From Podarcis gaigeae (lineage: Eukaryota): a stretch of DNA of 64,000 nucleotides. This document shows positions 11,856 through 25,536 of the stretch, piece by piece (position 1 is the stretch's first letter; the number at the start of each line of letters is the position of its first letter). The translations under genes were made by a program, and so were the position numbers. The notes beneath the pieces were generated by a model that saw only the letters and a list, made by a program, of their open reading frames with translations, had not been told where the DNA came from and made no database searches. The stretch lies in the NCBI GenBank assembly GCA_964106915.2, contig OZ066918.1, one strand, 5' to 3'.

Positions 11856-12894
11856 AAGAAAAAAGATGATGAAACAATTGAGATATGAAGCAGTTCTGTG
11901 AGAAATTCACACATGGGTTCTTTGCAAGATTTTATTTTTTATCACAATACATTTCACTGACACAGCTTTAGAGTGATTTATTTTATTTTGCCTTCCGCCC
12001 TTAGTTCTCAGCTGGCAAACCTGGCATTACTTAAAGCCAAGCCACTTAATAGAAGGCAAAAATGAGCAGGCAGCTATAGCATCAAACACTCTCTGCTTTG
12101 GGGCATTTTATCAGCACCTTGCTACTCCTTGCAAAAAAGGGGGGGGAGGCAGACTTCTTTTTTCAGTGGAACCAGTGATAAGAATTTGCGTGCATTAGGA
12201 CAGCAATTTGCTGCTTCTGCAAATTAGTTGGTTGGCCCGATTTCAGTCTGAACTAGCAAAAAGAAATGACTTGAGAGACGCTTACGAAAACCAAGCCTAC
12301 ACCCTGGCCCATCTCAGCTTTCTTCTAAACAAATGTGCGCTTTTTAAAACACTTTTTTTATTTTAAGTCTCCCCCCACAGTAGTGGAACATCTCATTATG
12401 CACACATCTTGTCCTTTATGTGGCAGCAAGTGATGGAGGCGAGAGGAGGGCCAATGGGCTGTAATTGCTCTAAAGGTAGTGATTTTGATATCTTTTATTA
12501 TCAGGGTGCCCAGATGTAAAATGAATCTCTGTAATATTTATAATGTGTCATTTCTTATAATAAGTAGTCTGATGTGACAAATGGAGACAGAGTCAAAGGT
12601 GTCAATTAAGGGGGAAATGTCACATTGTATTCCCCCCCCCCCCCCCCGCATTGCAGATGCTGCCTTCTAGCTACCAGGCGCATGGAAAAGAAAGGTTCTT
12701 TGCCATATTTTAACCTATTTTTCCTGAGCAAACTCTGCTAGGTAATTTAAGGGGATGGTGACGTCAATCCACCCAACGTGCTATTTTAAGTTACAGTGCC
12801 ACGTTTACCTTCAGTGGGACTTACCTGTGCTTCAGTGACTGAGGTGCTGCAAAGGAAAGTTTGGTAAAAAGTATGGAACGGGTTTTGCAATTCT

Positions 12895-13052
12895 CCTCCC
12901 AATGGCACAACGGGTTGGTGCGCTTGCTGTTAACCAAAAGGCTGGTGGTTCAAGCCCACCCAGGGATGGCTGTGGGCAGGATTAGTGCATTCCCCAGGGG
13001 TTGGACTAGTTGCCCCTTGAGGTCCCTTCCAACTCACCATTTCCATGATCCT
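12895..13052 (+). mobile_element. tRNA-Asn(GTT)-derived SINE with CR1-type 3' tail
   Basis: TGGCACAA..GCTGTTAACCAAAAGGCTGGTGGTTCAAGCCCACCCAGGGA matches vertebrate tRNA-Asn. It is followed by GGGGTTGGACTAG..GAGGTCCCTTCCAACTC. Confidence 0.8.
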
Positions 13053-13326
13053 AAGCAAAGAGCTGTTTAAGAATAGCCCTACACTGATGACCACTCAGTG
13101 ACTTCTCCAGGAATAAGAAGAGCCCTGAAGGATGAGCCCATAGGTGTGTCTAGTTCAGCATCCCGTTTCCCACAATGGCCAATCAGATGCCTTGGAGGAA
13201 GGCATCCTGCCTCCAATCCAAAGTGGGGAGTGTGCTGTTATGCTCACATCCTGCTTGTAGGTTCTTCATAGGCATCTGGCTGGCCAATGAAAGAACAGGA
13301 CGCTGAACTAGATGAGCCATTTGCTT

Positions 13327-13756
13327 GATGATGATGATGATAAAAATTATTTAAACCCTGCCCACCTGGCTGGGTGGCTCCCAACAGAATATTATAAACA
13401 CGATAAAACATCAAACATTAAAAACTTCCCTAAACAGGGTTGCCTTCAGATGTCTTCTAAAAGTCAGATAGTTGTTTATTTCCCTGGTGGGAGGACGTTC
13501 CACAGGGCGGGCGCCACTACTGAGAAGGCCCTCTGCCTGGTTCCCTGTAACCTCACTTCTCACAGTGAGGGAACTGCCAGAAGGCCCTCGGAGCTGGACG
13601 TCAGTGTCCAGGCTGAACGATGGGAGTGGAAACGCTCCTTCAGGTATACTGGACCAAGGCCATTTAGGGCTTTAAAGGTCAGCACCAGCACTTTGAATTG
13701 TGCTCGGAAATGCACTGGGAGCCAATGTAGGTCTTTCAGGACCAATGTTATATGGT
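13327..13756 (-). mobile_element. L2 LINE 3' end
   Basis: ORF 13560-13745 VLKDLHWLPVHFRAQFKVLVLTFKALNGLGPVYL is the L2 ORF2 C-terminal motif. (ATC)n tail. Confidence 0.9.
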
Positions 13757-14314
13757 TTTAGCTCTTCTTATGCCCTTATGTTCTTGATCCTGGAGATTGT
13801 GAGTGTGTGTATTTGCTGGAGAGGCAAACAACCAGTTCCTGATTCTATTCTACCAAGCAGTAACCTGCCAGGTTTCTAATTCACACACTCATTTGTTATG
13901 AGAGGTGAGTTGCCCATTACCAGACCATGTTGCAATTTTGGAGGGAGCAAAAAGTGATAAGGCTACTAGCACACATCTAGGTTTTAACCAAAATTACACA
14001 GCAGACATTTTGTCTAAGAAATTCGTTGGCGCTTTGCAAAATGTCCCCCAGGTATTCTCCCTCATTCTCACCCCTACCACGCATGTGTACACACACACAC
14101 ATGCACTTGCAGTATCCAAGAATTAGACCCAGGGCATTGGAGGAGACAAAATGGTGGCCAGGATGCCAACTCAGTTGTTGGTAGTGTGGTGGGGGCGGGG
14201 TGAAGAAGTGAAGCCTTCGCCACAGCTAATGGTGAGAAACTTGAATTTCTCCTAACACTGGAAAAATTTAGTGGAATGGCCCTCCCAATTCCTCTACTCA
14301 CCTACATTCTGTGG

Positions 14315-14319
<5 letters not shown>

Positions 14320-14403
<84 letters not shown>

Positions 14404-14413
14404 ACAGAGAGAG
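14320..14413. repeat. Compound (TC)n(CA)n(GA)n microsatellite
   Basis: Direct observation. Confidence 0.95.
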
Positions 14414-16890
14414 AGTTGATTTCAAGAGCAGGAAAGCCAGTTGCAGATCCCTAGTGCATGCTGAATTCCTCTGCTTGCTCAGAGGTTCTTCAGATCCATA
14501 CATTTGTATTAAATGGTCTGTTAGAGATTTGCTGGCACTTTTCAAGCTCTGACAGTCCTGTTTTTATTTCAATTGCCTTTAAGCCAATTCATGAGATTTT
14601 CATATATAAATATGGAAATATGCAAAGTCCTCAGATTTATAGGATCTGACATTGTGGTTTAAACGAATCCCAAATGATCTGGTCTCTTCCTTACATATTC
14701 ATTCCATTCCCCTCGGTGACACGGTCCCATTCTTCACTCAATAGCAACCCCTGCTGGTGCTCTGGAAGCAGAGCTTGTCCCTCGAACGTTGCCTCTCCTC
14801 TATTCACCATCCATCATTTAATTCACTTGAGAATTTGCTTATCTTCCAAATGAGTCTGCTGATGGCATGCTGGGTTTGACCTAATATTATTGCTGAAGAA
14901 ATGTCAACTCTGGAACAAACAAACCTGTGGAGAATTTTACATATGTTAATGAAATTTGTCATCTAATTCTCCCTCTCTCCTTCTTCCTCTTGTTCTTCAT
15001 GTCAGTCCCCTGCTGCTAGCTATATATGTAGGTATCTACCTAGCTACCTAGCTATGTACCCACATATATATTTCATTTTTTTTTATCACTCTGTTTCTCC
15101 AAGGACCGGGTTGCTTCATGCATGTGATCACCCCATTCCATCCTACTACAACTCTGAGATAGATTGTTCTCCTTCAAGGAGCTTCATGGTAGAGCATTAG
15201 AGGGGTTCCTGTCCAGGACCAAAGGCAGATGGTGTCATGAAGAAGGAACATCTTCATTTGGGAAGAGCTGAAATGAAGTACCTGTCGGCCCATGTGCTCT
15301 AGCCAATCCAAGTTATGCACACTATCCACTACACATGATGGGGTGGAATCGCAGGAAAACACAACCATGTCAATGCCATTTCTTCGTCACACAAGCAGCT
15401 CTGCTATGTTATAAGTGTGGGACATGTGTTTTGGCAGGCATATATTTAGATCGGCCTTCCTCAACATGGTGCCTTCCAGATGTTGGGCTCCCAATTCACA
15501 TCTGCACAATCCAGCATGGTCAGCAATGGGTTGATCCCCAGATGTTCAGCAACATCTGAAGGACGAAAGGTTTCCCACCTCTGCCCTGAAGCTGCAAACC
15601 CCAGAGCACTAAGAACAGGCTTCCTGAATCTGGTGCCCTCCAGATGTTTTGAACTACAGCCCTGCAATAGGGGAATTGCATTCCAAGACATCTGGGTGGC
15701 ACCAAGTTGGAGAAGGCAGGAGAAGCAAATGCATCTGTCAAACCAATTCATGCTCAGCAGCAGAGATGGGGAATCAGCAGCTCCTCCAGATGTTGCTGGA
15801 CTCCAACTCCCATCAGCTTCCAGCCAGCACTGTCAACACTGAAGATGGGTGGCCAGCAATTATCTGGAGGGTACTGCATTGCAGAAGGTTGGTTTAGACA
15901 ATCTTTGGAGAATCGATTCTTGGGGGGGGGGGGCTGCTTCTGCTGTCATTGTGCTTCCTTGTCCTTCCCATCCTTCCTTGAGTCACACAATGTCCTCTTT
16001 AATGAAACCTCTCCTGGAAAAGAATCGGCAGCGTTGAAAGAGAAGCTGCAGGTGCCATCAAAGGCAAGGGCAGGCTGACATTGGTCAAGGACCAGCTTTG
16101 CAAAGGAAAGGAGATTCTTTTCATCCCACTCTTGGGGGGTTCCAGTACAGGGAATTAAGCTGCACAGAGGTGAATTCTCAGTGACACGACGAACACATGG
16201 CGCTCCTGAAAGCTCTGCTTTGAGAAAGGGTGTGTGTGTCTCTACTGCTTGAAAACCTCATGCCCAATAACAGCAACAGCAGATGATGCAACACCTCTCC
16301 TCTTGGGTCCCCAAGGCTCTTTTTCTCTTGCTGAACTTGCTGCAACCTCAATACACACACACACAGAATGCCCTTTCTAGTTAGCAAATGGAGCGGCACA
16401 GCTAGGTGGCTGTCACATTTCCAGAAATTCATCCACCATCTCAAGGATGCCAAGAAATGAGCAGGCACCAGTGTGAAGTATGTGACCATGCCAGGTCTCC
16501 AGAAGAGCAATGTATTCATCTAGATGTCTGTCAGAGACCCTTTCCCCCCCCCCAAGCCTCCGTCCTCATTCTGCCCCTTTCCCCCTCCTGCTCTGTACAG
16601 TTCAAGCTCATCAAGTGTGAAGGTGGAGCCTGACTGTCATCTAGGGGAACAGCGACGAGGCAGCTTATCAGCCTAGAGAGCTGTCCCCGGCAGAGCCACG
16701 GCAGCTAAACCTAGCAGTGCAGCAATAAAACTGCTAGCACGTTTGCAAAGCTAAGCAGGGCCCGGTATGGTTTCAAATTGACTGTTGAGATTCCTGCATT
16801 GCAGCGGGTTGGATTCAGTGGCCCTTGGGGTCCCTTCCAACTCTACAAAAGAGGTTTTTAAGGAAATTCATCAAAATCTGGACTTCCCGC

Positions 16891-17006
16891 ATGGGTTGCC
16901 GTACATCCAGATTTCCCCAGGCATTTCAGCAATTTCTGGTCGGACACTGTTTCCAACTGCCGAATCTCGTCTACGTCTGGGAAATTCCAGATGTACGGCA
17001 GCCCTA
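16891..17006. mobile_element. hAT (Blackjack-like) MITE inside a CR1-type tail
   Basis: TIRs GGGTTGCCGTACATC / GATGTACGGCAGCCC. CR1 tail pieces lie at 16787-16847 and 17007-17028 (TTCTGTGA repeats). Confidence 0.7.
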
Positions 17007-18767
17007 CAGTTCTGTGATTCTGTGATTCCATCCTTTGGCAAATACCTTCCCTTTTTCTCTTACCACTCAAATACAGAAAGCTAATGTTTGAGCTGCACAG
17101 AGGCCGCTGGCAACAAGTCACACTCCACATTTGGATGAGAAGGCTCTCAGTGGGCACTGGCCATAGTGGCTAAGCTTTGCCTCCGCAGTCTGAAGCCCTG
17201 GGGAGCTTCTGCCAATCAGTGTGGACAGTTTTGAGCTTGATGGAGCGATGGGTCTGACTGGGTATCAGGCAGCTTCCTATGTACGGGGGGGGGGGGGAGG
17301 CAGTTAACATGATAAAGGAGTTTTAGCACCTTCCTTATGGGGACAAGTTAATGCTTTGAGGCCTTCATAGTTCAGGCGGCGAAAGACAACTCAAGAGCTT
17401 GTAAAATTATGGATGATGTGGAAAGCCGCATTTTTCTTTGGGAAGACACAAGAGGCTCCCATTAATTATATTTATAAGAGCAAAACTCATACAGATAAGG
17501 AGAAGTGGACCGAAAGTCTTTTGCATCCTCTGCATCTCTTAGAATGCTCCACGTTATTCAATAAAGTTGATTTGCGGTAAGTCGGGGAAAGAAAGACAAA
17601 ATGAACGGACTTTTTAACACAGAGACACACACACGGCACAAACACCAGCCTATGAACTCCACCGGCATAAGACATGGCCGTGGCTGCTGTTGGCTTGGAT
17701 AGCTTTTGTAAAGGGTTCGATAAATTCATTTGGGATCGGTCCTGGTGACATCGACAGCTATATGGCATTCCACGTCAGTGCAAAAACACTATACTTCTGG
17801 ACACAAGATGCATTCAGTGGAGAGATGCACCTCCTTTTGTCTGTCATGAACCTACTGCAAATTGACTTCACCGAGTTGATGTGGATGATGGAGGAGGCAA
17901 GATACGATTGGACCACTTGTCCTTATCTATTCCTACAGGTTTGGCTCTTATAAATATAATTGATGAGCACCTCTCACCTTACAAAGGAGCAGTTCCCGAG
18001 CTGCCCGATTCCAGACCCCTGGCTCTCCTTTTCCTTTTAACGGAGCTGCAAAGCCCGTTTCTTGTAACGCACGGCACATTCCGCGAGACCAGCCCGCGTG
18101 TAGCTGTGTGGTGACCCCCCTCCACACGCCCTCACCTCCTTCCCCCTTTCCTTCCCACCTTTTATGCAGTGCCTTCTTTCACTTTATTCCTCAACATGAA
18201 TCATCCTATTATTAACTTGTGACACCATTAGCTTCTGCTGTCACCAGAGCTGACAGTTCAAAGGCCCCCGAGAGCTCTCTGCAAAGGCACAATAAATGAG
18301 ATCTCTTAATTAACACCTCCTTTAACTAAATAAATTAATTTTATGCAACTGATATGTCATCTTCTCCATTTGAGGGTGACTGAATATCCTGTCTGGCTTC
18401 AGGTTCCTCCGCCTTGGCTAGCATCGGCTTCTCTTGCTAAGTCTGCAGGTGGGGGGAGCGTTGCTTGGCAAGCTTCTGATAACACAGGACTGATGTGCTG
18501 AGTTGACCTGCCCTATGGCAGCAGCTCCCCCGGCCCCAGCTCCCGGCTGGTAAAAATGAGTTTGTGCAAATCATCTGCAATGAGTGGAGACTGCTATTTT
18601 CCTCTCCCCCACCCCCCGGCTGCATGTCAATTACAGGGGCTGAGCAATGTGTGGCTGAATTACTCATGGCAAACCACTCCGAAAGCCTGCTTGGCACAAA
18701 CTAGGAGCCACTCTGAAAAGCAGGGGAAAGGTGATCTGTATCAATGGTCCCATAAGTAAGAGGCGCA

Positions 18768-19221
18768 CTGCACTGGCTACCGATTAGTTTCCGGGCCCAA
18801 TTCAAAGTGCTGGTTTTGACCAATAAAGCCTTAAACAGCTCAGGACTGCCTCTTCCCATATGAACCTACTCAGACCCTGAGATCATCTTCTGAGGCCCTC
18901 CTTCGTGTGCCTCCTCCTCAAGAGGCCCGGAGGGTGGCAACATGAGAACGGGCCTTCTCTGCAGTGGCTCCATCTCTGTAGAAAGCTCACCCCAGGGAAA
19001 CTCGCCAAGCGCCTTCATTATACACCTTTAGGCACCAGGCAAAAATGTTCCTTTTTAACCAGGCCTTTGGTTCTCCTGATCAACAGCCCATTCCCTTTAA
19101 AAATGTGGCTCTTTTGGGGGGAGTATTATTGGGTTATTGCTTTTATTTTTATTTTATATATTGTGATCTTTTTATGTGACCCGCCCTGAGACCTCCAGGT
19201 ATAGGGCGGTATATAAATTCA

Positions 19222-19267
<46 letters not shown>
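18768..19267 (+). mobile_element. L2 LINE 3' end with (TAA)n tail
   Basis: Encodes LHWLPISFRAQFKVLVLT.KALN. Ends GGGCGGTATATAAAT followed by (TAA)n at about 19226-19267. Confidence 0.9.
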
Positions 19268-19922
19268 CTGATTATTTGTCCATGTGAGTCTCCAAATGGG
19301 AAAAGCCAGGTGTCCCCAGGAAACACACGAAAGGAGTAGCTTTCTTCTGTTTGTCCACAGCACCTGTGTATGCCTGGGCATCGCTCTGAACAGGGATGTT
19401 CCACTTTTCACTGTGACAGCTTAATAAGAGGCCCCTGCAATCACTGTCACAGTGTTGAATTTCAATCAGAGTTTACATGCCAAAGCTGGAAGCGCGAATG
19501 AATCCTCTGGATTGTTTATTTGCATGTTTCTCCTCTCAGCATTTGAGGAACCCTGGAGAGAGATTCGCCTGATATGTTGATTTTTATTTCATTTTATTGC
19601 ATCACCTCTCGAGAGTTTGAGGTGTCAACAGCACTCTTTGTCCAGCAACAGCAAAACTCACTATATTAAAAGAGCATCTTGTCTAGACTGTGGGGCAACA
19701 CTGGATATCTTGCAGATATTCTCTTGAAAGAAGCAAGATTTAGAAGATGCATTTTGTCCTGAAAGATGGTTCCAAAAAGTGGGGGGGGGGGTGGAATGGT
19801 AACTTCATGGGTATTAGATATATATTAAGGAGATAAATAATAGTTTGTAATTGGGTGTATGGACTAATTTAAATGAAACTGAAAAAAATGTGAATAAGAA
19901 GGTAAGATTTGCCAATGCTATA

Positions 19923-20148
19923 CAGTGGTACCTCAGGTTAAGAACTTAATTCGTTCTGGAGGTCCGTTCTTAACCTGAAACTGTTCTTAACCTGAGGTAC
20001 CACTTTAGCTAATGGGGCCTCCCGCTGCCACTGCACTGCTGCCGCATGATTTCTGTTCTCATCCTGAAGCAAAGTTCTTAACCCGAGGTACTATTTCTGG
20101 GTTAGCGGAGTCTGTAACCTGAAGTGTCTGTAACCCGAGGTACCACCG
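19923..20148. mobile_element. Tc1/mariner MITE (CAGTGGTACCTC family)
   Basis: TIRs CAGTGGTACCTC / GAGGTACCACCG with TA flanks. Four homologous copies in the window. Confidence 0.9.
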
Positions 20149-22155
20149 TATTAGACAATGTGCTATTAAGTTCAGCACTCTGCCTTTAACAGTCATCATC
20201 CAAACATCCCTGAGCAATTCACAAGTCAAGAAAAGTGAATAGACTATATATAGAGACACTATCTTGAGCAAGATGGTCCAGTAGTCTGATTCAGCATAAG
20301 ACAGTTTCCTACTTTCTCATTTGAACAAGGGTCCAAATGGATGCAAAGCATTATTGCACGTAATTTGAAATATTATTGCACAGCTATCTCTCAAGTGTAT
20401 GAAAGAAGACATCGGTTCAGCCTCCAGGCCATGTGACATGTCTCTCAACAGCTGCCCTAAATCTGCAAACTTAAACCTTTCACAGCCGTGAGGAAGTGAT
20501 GGCTTTAGTTGCCTCTGGCTTTTGACCACATGGAAAACTGTGACCCATATTTGCAAACATGTAACTTTAACAGCCAGTATTTCAAGCAAGCAATCCTAGG
20601 TGCAGTTTTAGTCGATCCTTCTCAAAGGGGATATAACAGAGCTGGAAAATGTGTGGAACGGGGCAACCAAAATGAGCCAGATGTTGGAACACCTTCCTTG
20701 TAGGGAAAAAATGGCTTAAATGGGGTTTTGAGGTGTGTGGCACTTCTATACTGTCATTATTTTGGGGGTGGGATTTGACCAGATACCAGAGAATTCAGGC
20801 TGCACAGTTGGAGTTTGTGTGGCGCACTTGCACAACAAGCCCACCCACTGGACTTTTTGTGAAAAAGGAAAGTAAAGGGGAACTACGCTGGAGTGGCGTT
20901 TCCCTGGCACAATGTCATCTAACCTCCTTGCAAACAAGTCACAATGAATTCACAATAAATAGCCAGGGTTGTTGAACCTCCTCACAAACTTTGTGCAGAC
21001 AAGTCAGGGTGAATGCTCGATAAACAGGTCGTCTGGAAGACTGGAAAACAACTGCTGGAGGAGAAACATGGTAGAGGTGAATAAAATTGTGCATTGTATG
21101 CGAAAAGTGGATACAGAGAAACGTCTCTTCCTCTCTCTAGCGGTAGGATTCGGGATCACCCAATGAAAATTGACCAGCAGGAGATTCGACACAGCAGCAC
21201 AAAGTCCTACAAACAACAAAAAATGCACTTCTGGAATTTGCTGTTAAATGATTCAGTGATGGTCACTAGTTCAGGTGGCTTTAAATGGGCATTAAACAGA
21301 GGATTTGTCTAGTAAAGACTTATGGGAGATAAACTGAACCTTTATGTTCAGAGAGAGAAAGTTTCTGATGGAGGTTTGCTGCTTTCATGTTCTGCTTGTG
21401 GGTTTCCCAGAAGCACCTGATCACCATTTTCTGTGGAAAGATGATGAGTTAAATGGTCCCTTGCTCTGTCCAGCAGGGCTCTATTACGACAGGGGTGGGG
21501 AACCTGTGGCTCTCCAAATGTCGCTGGACTACAACTGCCATCATGCCTGACCACTGGCCATGCTGGCTAGGGCTTGTGGGAGTTGTAGTCCAGCAACATC
21601 TGTAGGCTTGCATCTGTGTGTAAAGCTCTTGGTTCAGTTCTTTCTGTCTGGAGATAAAAGAGCTCACCTGCGAAAGACTCTTACATGGTACCTTGGAGAG
21701 ATGCTTTTAGTTGACAAAGACCAATGAAAGTGGAAGTTATATATAGTATAGTTATATTTTAATTCCACACACACACACACACATATACCCCTAAATAATT
21801 AGCTGAGCTGGCAAAATGATAAGAGCCTTTAGATCTAGAAAAAAAAACCCCACTTGAGATCATTTATTTATTTATTTGAAACGGTTCTTTTAAACTACCT
21901 TCTTTCTACAACAGCAATTAAGGCAACCAACATAATAATTAAACACACACAATCAAAAGTATTGAGATTTTAAAAGCCAGTGCAGAACAATGAGACAAAA
22001 ATTTTAATGATGGGATAAGACTCATGGTACATCAACTTGAGAGAAAGATGAGTATACGGGGGTTTCTTCAGTCTGCATTTATTATCAGAACTGTAGACAG
22101 TCTTATTAATACTAATGATCCAGGTTCCTTTCACAGACAGAAAGACAAAGCAACA

Positions 22156-22189
<34 letters not shown>

Positions 22190-25100
22190 TTGTGCAGAGG
22201 CAGTTTCCCCATAGAGAGCTCCAATATCACTGCGCAGAGATGAAGCACCCACATATCTGAAGATAACAAGATCCTGAACATTTGCTAGATGTAGTAAACC
22301 TCTTTTCTGGGTTCAGGAGGTGATTGCAAGCCACACCTGCGTGATTCCAAGTCCCTTTCTTCAAGAATATTTCCTTTTATTGTCTTGTCTCTGTTGATCC
22401 TTGACTACAGCAGCAACATGTGAGGGGGAAAATGGACAATTCTTTGTACATATATAGAAGCCACTGGCTTCAAGGGATTCATATATCAAGATTAACCTTG
22501 AAATATGGAGCAAAGCAATTGGAAGAGGTCACTCCACAGATAGCTCGCTGAAGCTTCAGGTGGCTTCTAAAATTCCACTGGAATAATCTTTAGAGTGCTG
22601 TAGAGGGGAATTCAAGGCCTTGGTCTAGCTTATGAGAGAGAGAGAAGGAGAGAGGGAGAGAGGGAGAGAGAGAGAAAGAGAGAGAGAATGAGAATGCAAA
22701 GAAGCCTCATCAGAAAGCAATGGATCTAAAATAATGGCAACAAAAGCACTTTTGAACACACATACATTGGGCGGGGGGGGCAAAGAAATGGACGCAGTTT
22801 CAATTCTCTGCCAACCATAAACCTTAAGTTGTTGTTGTTGTTTAATTGGGGAATTGATTTGAAATCAAAGCCTCTCTAAAAACAAATCAATTCTTCCTTT
22901 CCTTTCCTTTTCATTTTTAAAAAAGCAAGAGCCGCTCTCTTGAGTCATGCCTTACTACGCAGAAGAGTGGGAGGACGGGTGGAATAAATGGAGAGCTGGC
23001 AACGTCTGTAGCTGCAAGGTCTGCTGTTTGCGAACAGCCTTAAGGAAGTATAAGATTATTGCTCGTCTCCCTCCAGACTTCCATCCTAGAAAACGAGGGC
23101 ACAAATCCAGCCCAAATTCAGTGTGTGATAAGAAGCCCTGGCGGTTTCATTGGGTTAGCTGAGCACAGTGCTGCTTCAGCTGTGGCTGAATCATGCCCTC
23201 TTTAGTTAATTTCAATTGACAATATTATGATTTCCCCAAGAGCCGAGAAGGCATGTTTGGCATTTAAGCTCGGGGTTTGTGGGAAATGGTTCCAATTCTC
23301 TCTTCCTTTTTCCCCCTCCACTGCCAGTTCCTCAGACATCCTGTTTGTGTGGCAGCCATACAACGAAAGCCTGTCTTTATGGCGCTGGTGACCCATAATT
23401 CCATGGCCACCTGGTTTAAGATAGGACCAGACCTCTTGATTATCTGGATCTATCTTCTCTGAGGGTGTCTTTATGTGGCACAAGGGTGGGGGATCTTTTG
23501 GAGCCTGAGGGCCATGATCCCTTCTTTGCAAGTTTTCAAGGTCCATGTGCCATGGGACCAGAGGGAAAAGAGGGGGACCTGTGGATTAAAATTTTACTTT
23601 TGTACAGTAGGCTGGTTTCTACACAACAGGCGTGCCAGCTTCTCCAGATGATTGGGGGGGATAGGGGGCAGAGTCAAATGCCCTCTGAACATTGAGGTGG
23701 CCCTGCCCCCTAAAAAAAAAGTTGGGGGGCCGAAAAAGCCTCAGCCCTTAGGAGTCAATGCCTATGCAAGAGAGAGAGAAAGCTCTTTCCTCCATCCAGG
23801 CAAGAGACATTATCAGAGTAATAGCAGCCAACTCCTAGGGGTTGAGGTCCCTTCAAGGGCCCCCCAATAAAATATTTCAGCCCCTTCCCAAAGTTCATGG
23901 ACATTGCTATTCAAATGGTTTGTGTGCGCCATGTCTTGTGATCAATTATGCAGGGTGGGCCTTACCTCCATACACGCACCCCAAAAATATTTTATTCAAG
24001 TCAGCACCCCTGATCAGAGTTCATGGTCACATTCCAGCCAGGCCAGAAGGAAACTTGCAAGGTGTGATACAAGTGAGGGGCGGGGACTTTGGTGGAGGGG
24101 TGGCGCTGCACAGTCCAAATCTGGTTTCGAGCTGAAGAATCCTAAGAAGGGAGAGCAGCCTGGACCACCAAGTTGCACCTGAACAGCGAAATGAGCAGAT
24201 ACACCAGACACACCTGGTCACAGCCTTCCCAACTAAAGTGAGATGTATTTAAATCACAATTATTTGTATATTTGCAGCTATGCAGATAAATTAGCTTATG
24301 GAAATGGTATGCGAATCACTCTCATCTTTTGTGGGTGTGTAATGTGTTTCCTCTCCTTTTTTTGTGACTCATAAGTGGCCCCTGATTGCCATCTGGTTTA
24401 TTCCAAGGTGGCCTTGGTGCATTCAAAGGGGAGGATCTTCATTGTTGCTGCTTTTTGGTTTCAGTTTGGAGAATGGGTTTCTCAATGTAGAAATGGTGCA
24501 GTGTCAGCTGGATTCCACATTCCCTTTATTCCAGCACTTTCTTAATTCAAGGCACGATTAATATTTTCAGCTACCAACCCATTTTAATGGAGGGAAATGT
24601 GGAGACGGTCTCGGCAATATATACATTAGTGCTAAATTAACGTACCTTTCTTTAACCTGAGACCAAAAAAAAGAGAGCCAAAATAAAGCCTCCAACTTGG
24701 CTTGTTAAATTTTAATACCAAACTGTTCAATTAAAAAAGTAAGCAGCTGCCATCTGCTCCACTCTGTGAGAACAAACCAAGAGCAGCGCAGCTAAGAGAG
24801 ACCATTTCTACCAAGTCACTTTTACGGCTACTTCTTTGTTTTCCTGCCAACAGAGGAGGGAGGAGGCGGGTCACTCGAAAGACTGGCCTCCTCTCCTGAC
24901 TCAGAGTCAGCGAAACATCTCACATGATGCACTGACCTGAAGCTCCAGAGAACAAGGAGTCTGTTAGCCTGCAGTCATGTGAAAAAGCCTTGGACGTGCC
25001 GCTGTTCTTGCCCAAATATTAATCAGCAGAGAGAATGCCTCAAAAACAGAGGCAGGGCGGAGGGACAGCAAGTAGGGATAAGTGGAGGGATTTGATTCAG

Positions 25101-25196
25101 TTTGCATTTAAACGCATTCTGAAACATATTGCAAAACAGAAAAACAATCACCCGTCGAAATCCGCACTGCTCCGTGTTTTGCAATGCAGTTCTCCA

Positions 25197-25452
25197 GAGC
25201 CAGTGTGGTGTAGTGGTTAAGAGCGGTGGACTCATAATCTGGTGAACCGGGTTCGCGTCCCCGCTCCTCCACATGCAGCTGCTGGGTGACCTTGGGCTAG
25301 TCACACTTCTATCTGAAGTCTCTCAGCCCCACTCACCTCACAGAGTGTTTGTTATGGGGGAGGAAGGGAAAAGGAGAGTGTTAGCTGCTTTGAGACTCCT
25401 TAGGGTAGTGATAAAGCGGGATATCAAATCCAAACTCTTCTTTTTCTTCTTC
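25197..25452 (+). mobile_element. Squam3 SINE, near full length
   Basis: GAGCCAGTGTGGTGTAGTGGTTAAGAGC A-box head, GGTTCG B box, GGGTGACCTTGGGCTAGTCAC core and (CTT)n tail. Confidence 0.85.
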
Positions 25453-25536
25453 ATGTTGGGAATTACTGTAATGGGAGTTTTAATGGTATTGTGGTTAGAG
25501 TTCTGGACACACAGGCTCACATCTTCTACATATAAT

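Noticed and set aside
20725-20990. Possible solo LTR inside degraded CR1 sequence
   Set aside because: No convincing TSD or terminal inverted repeat.
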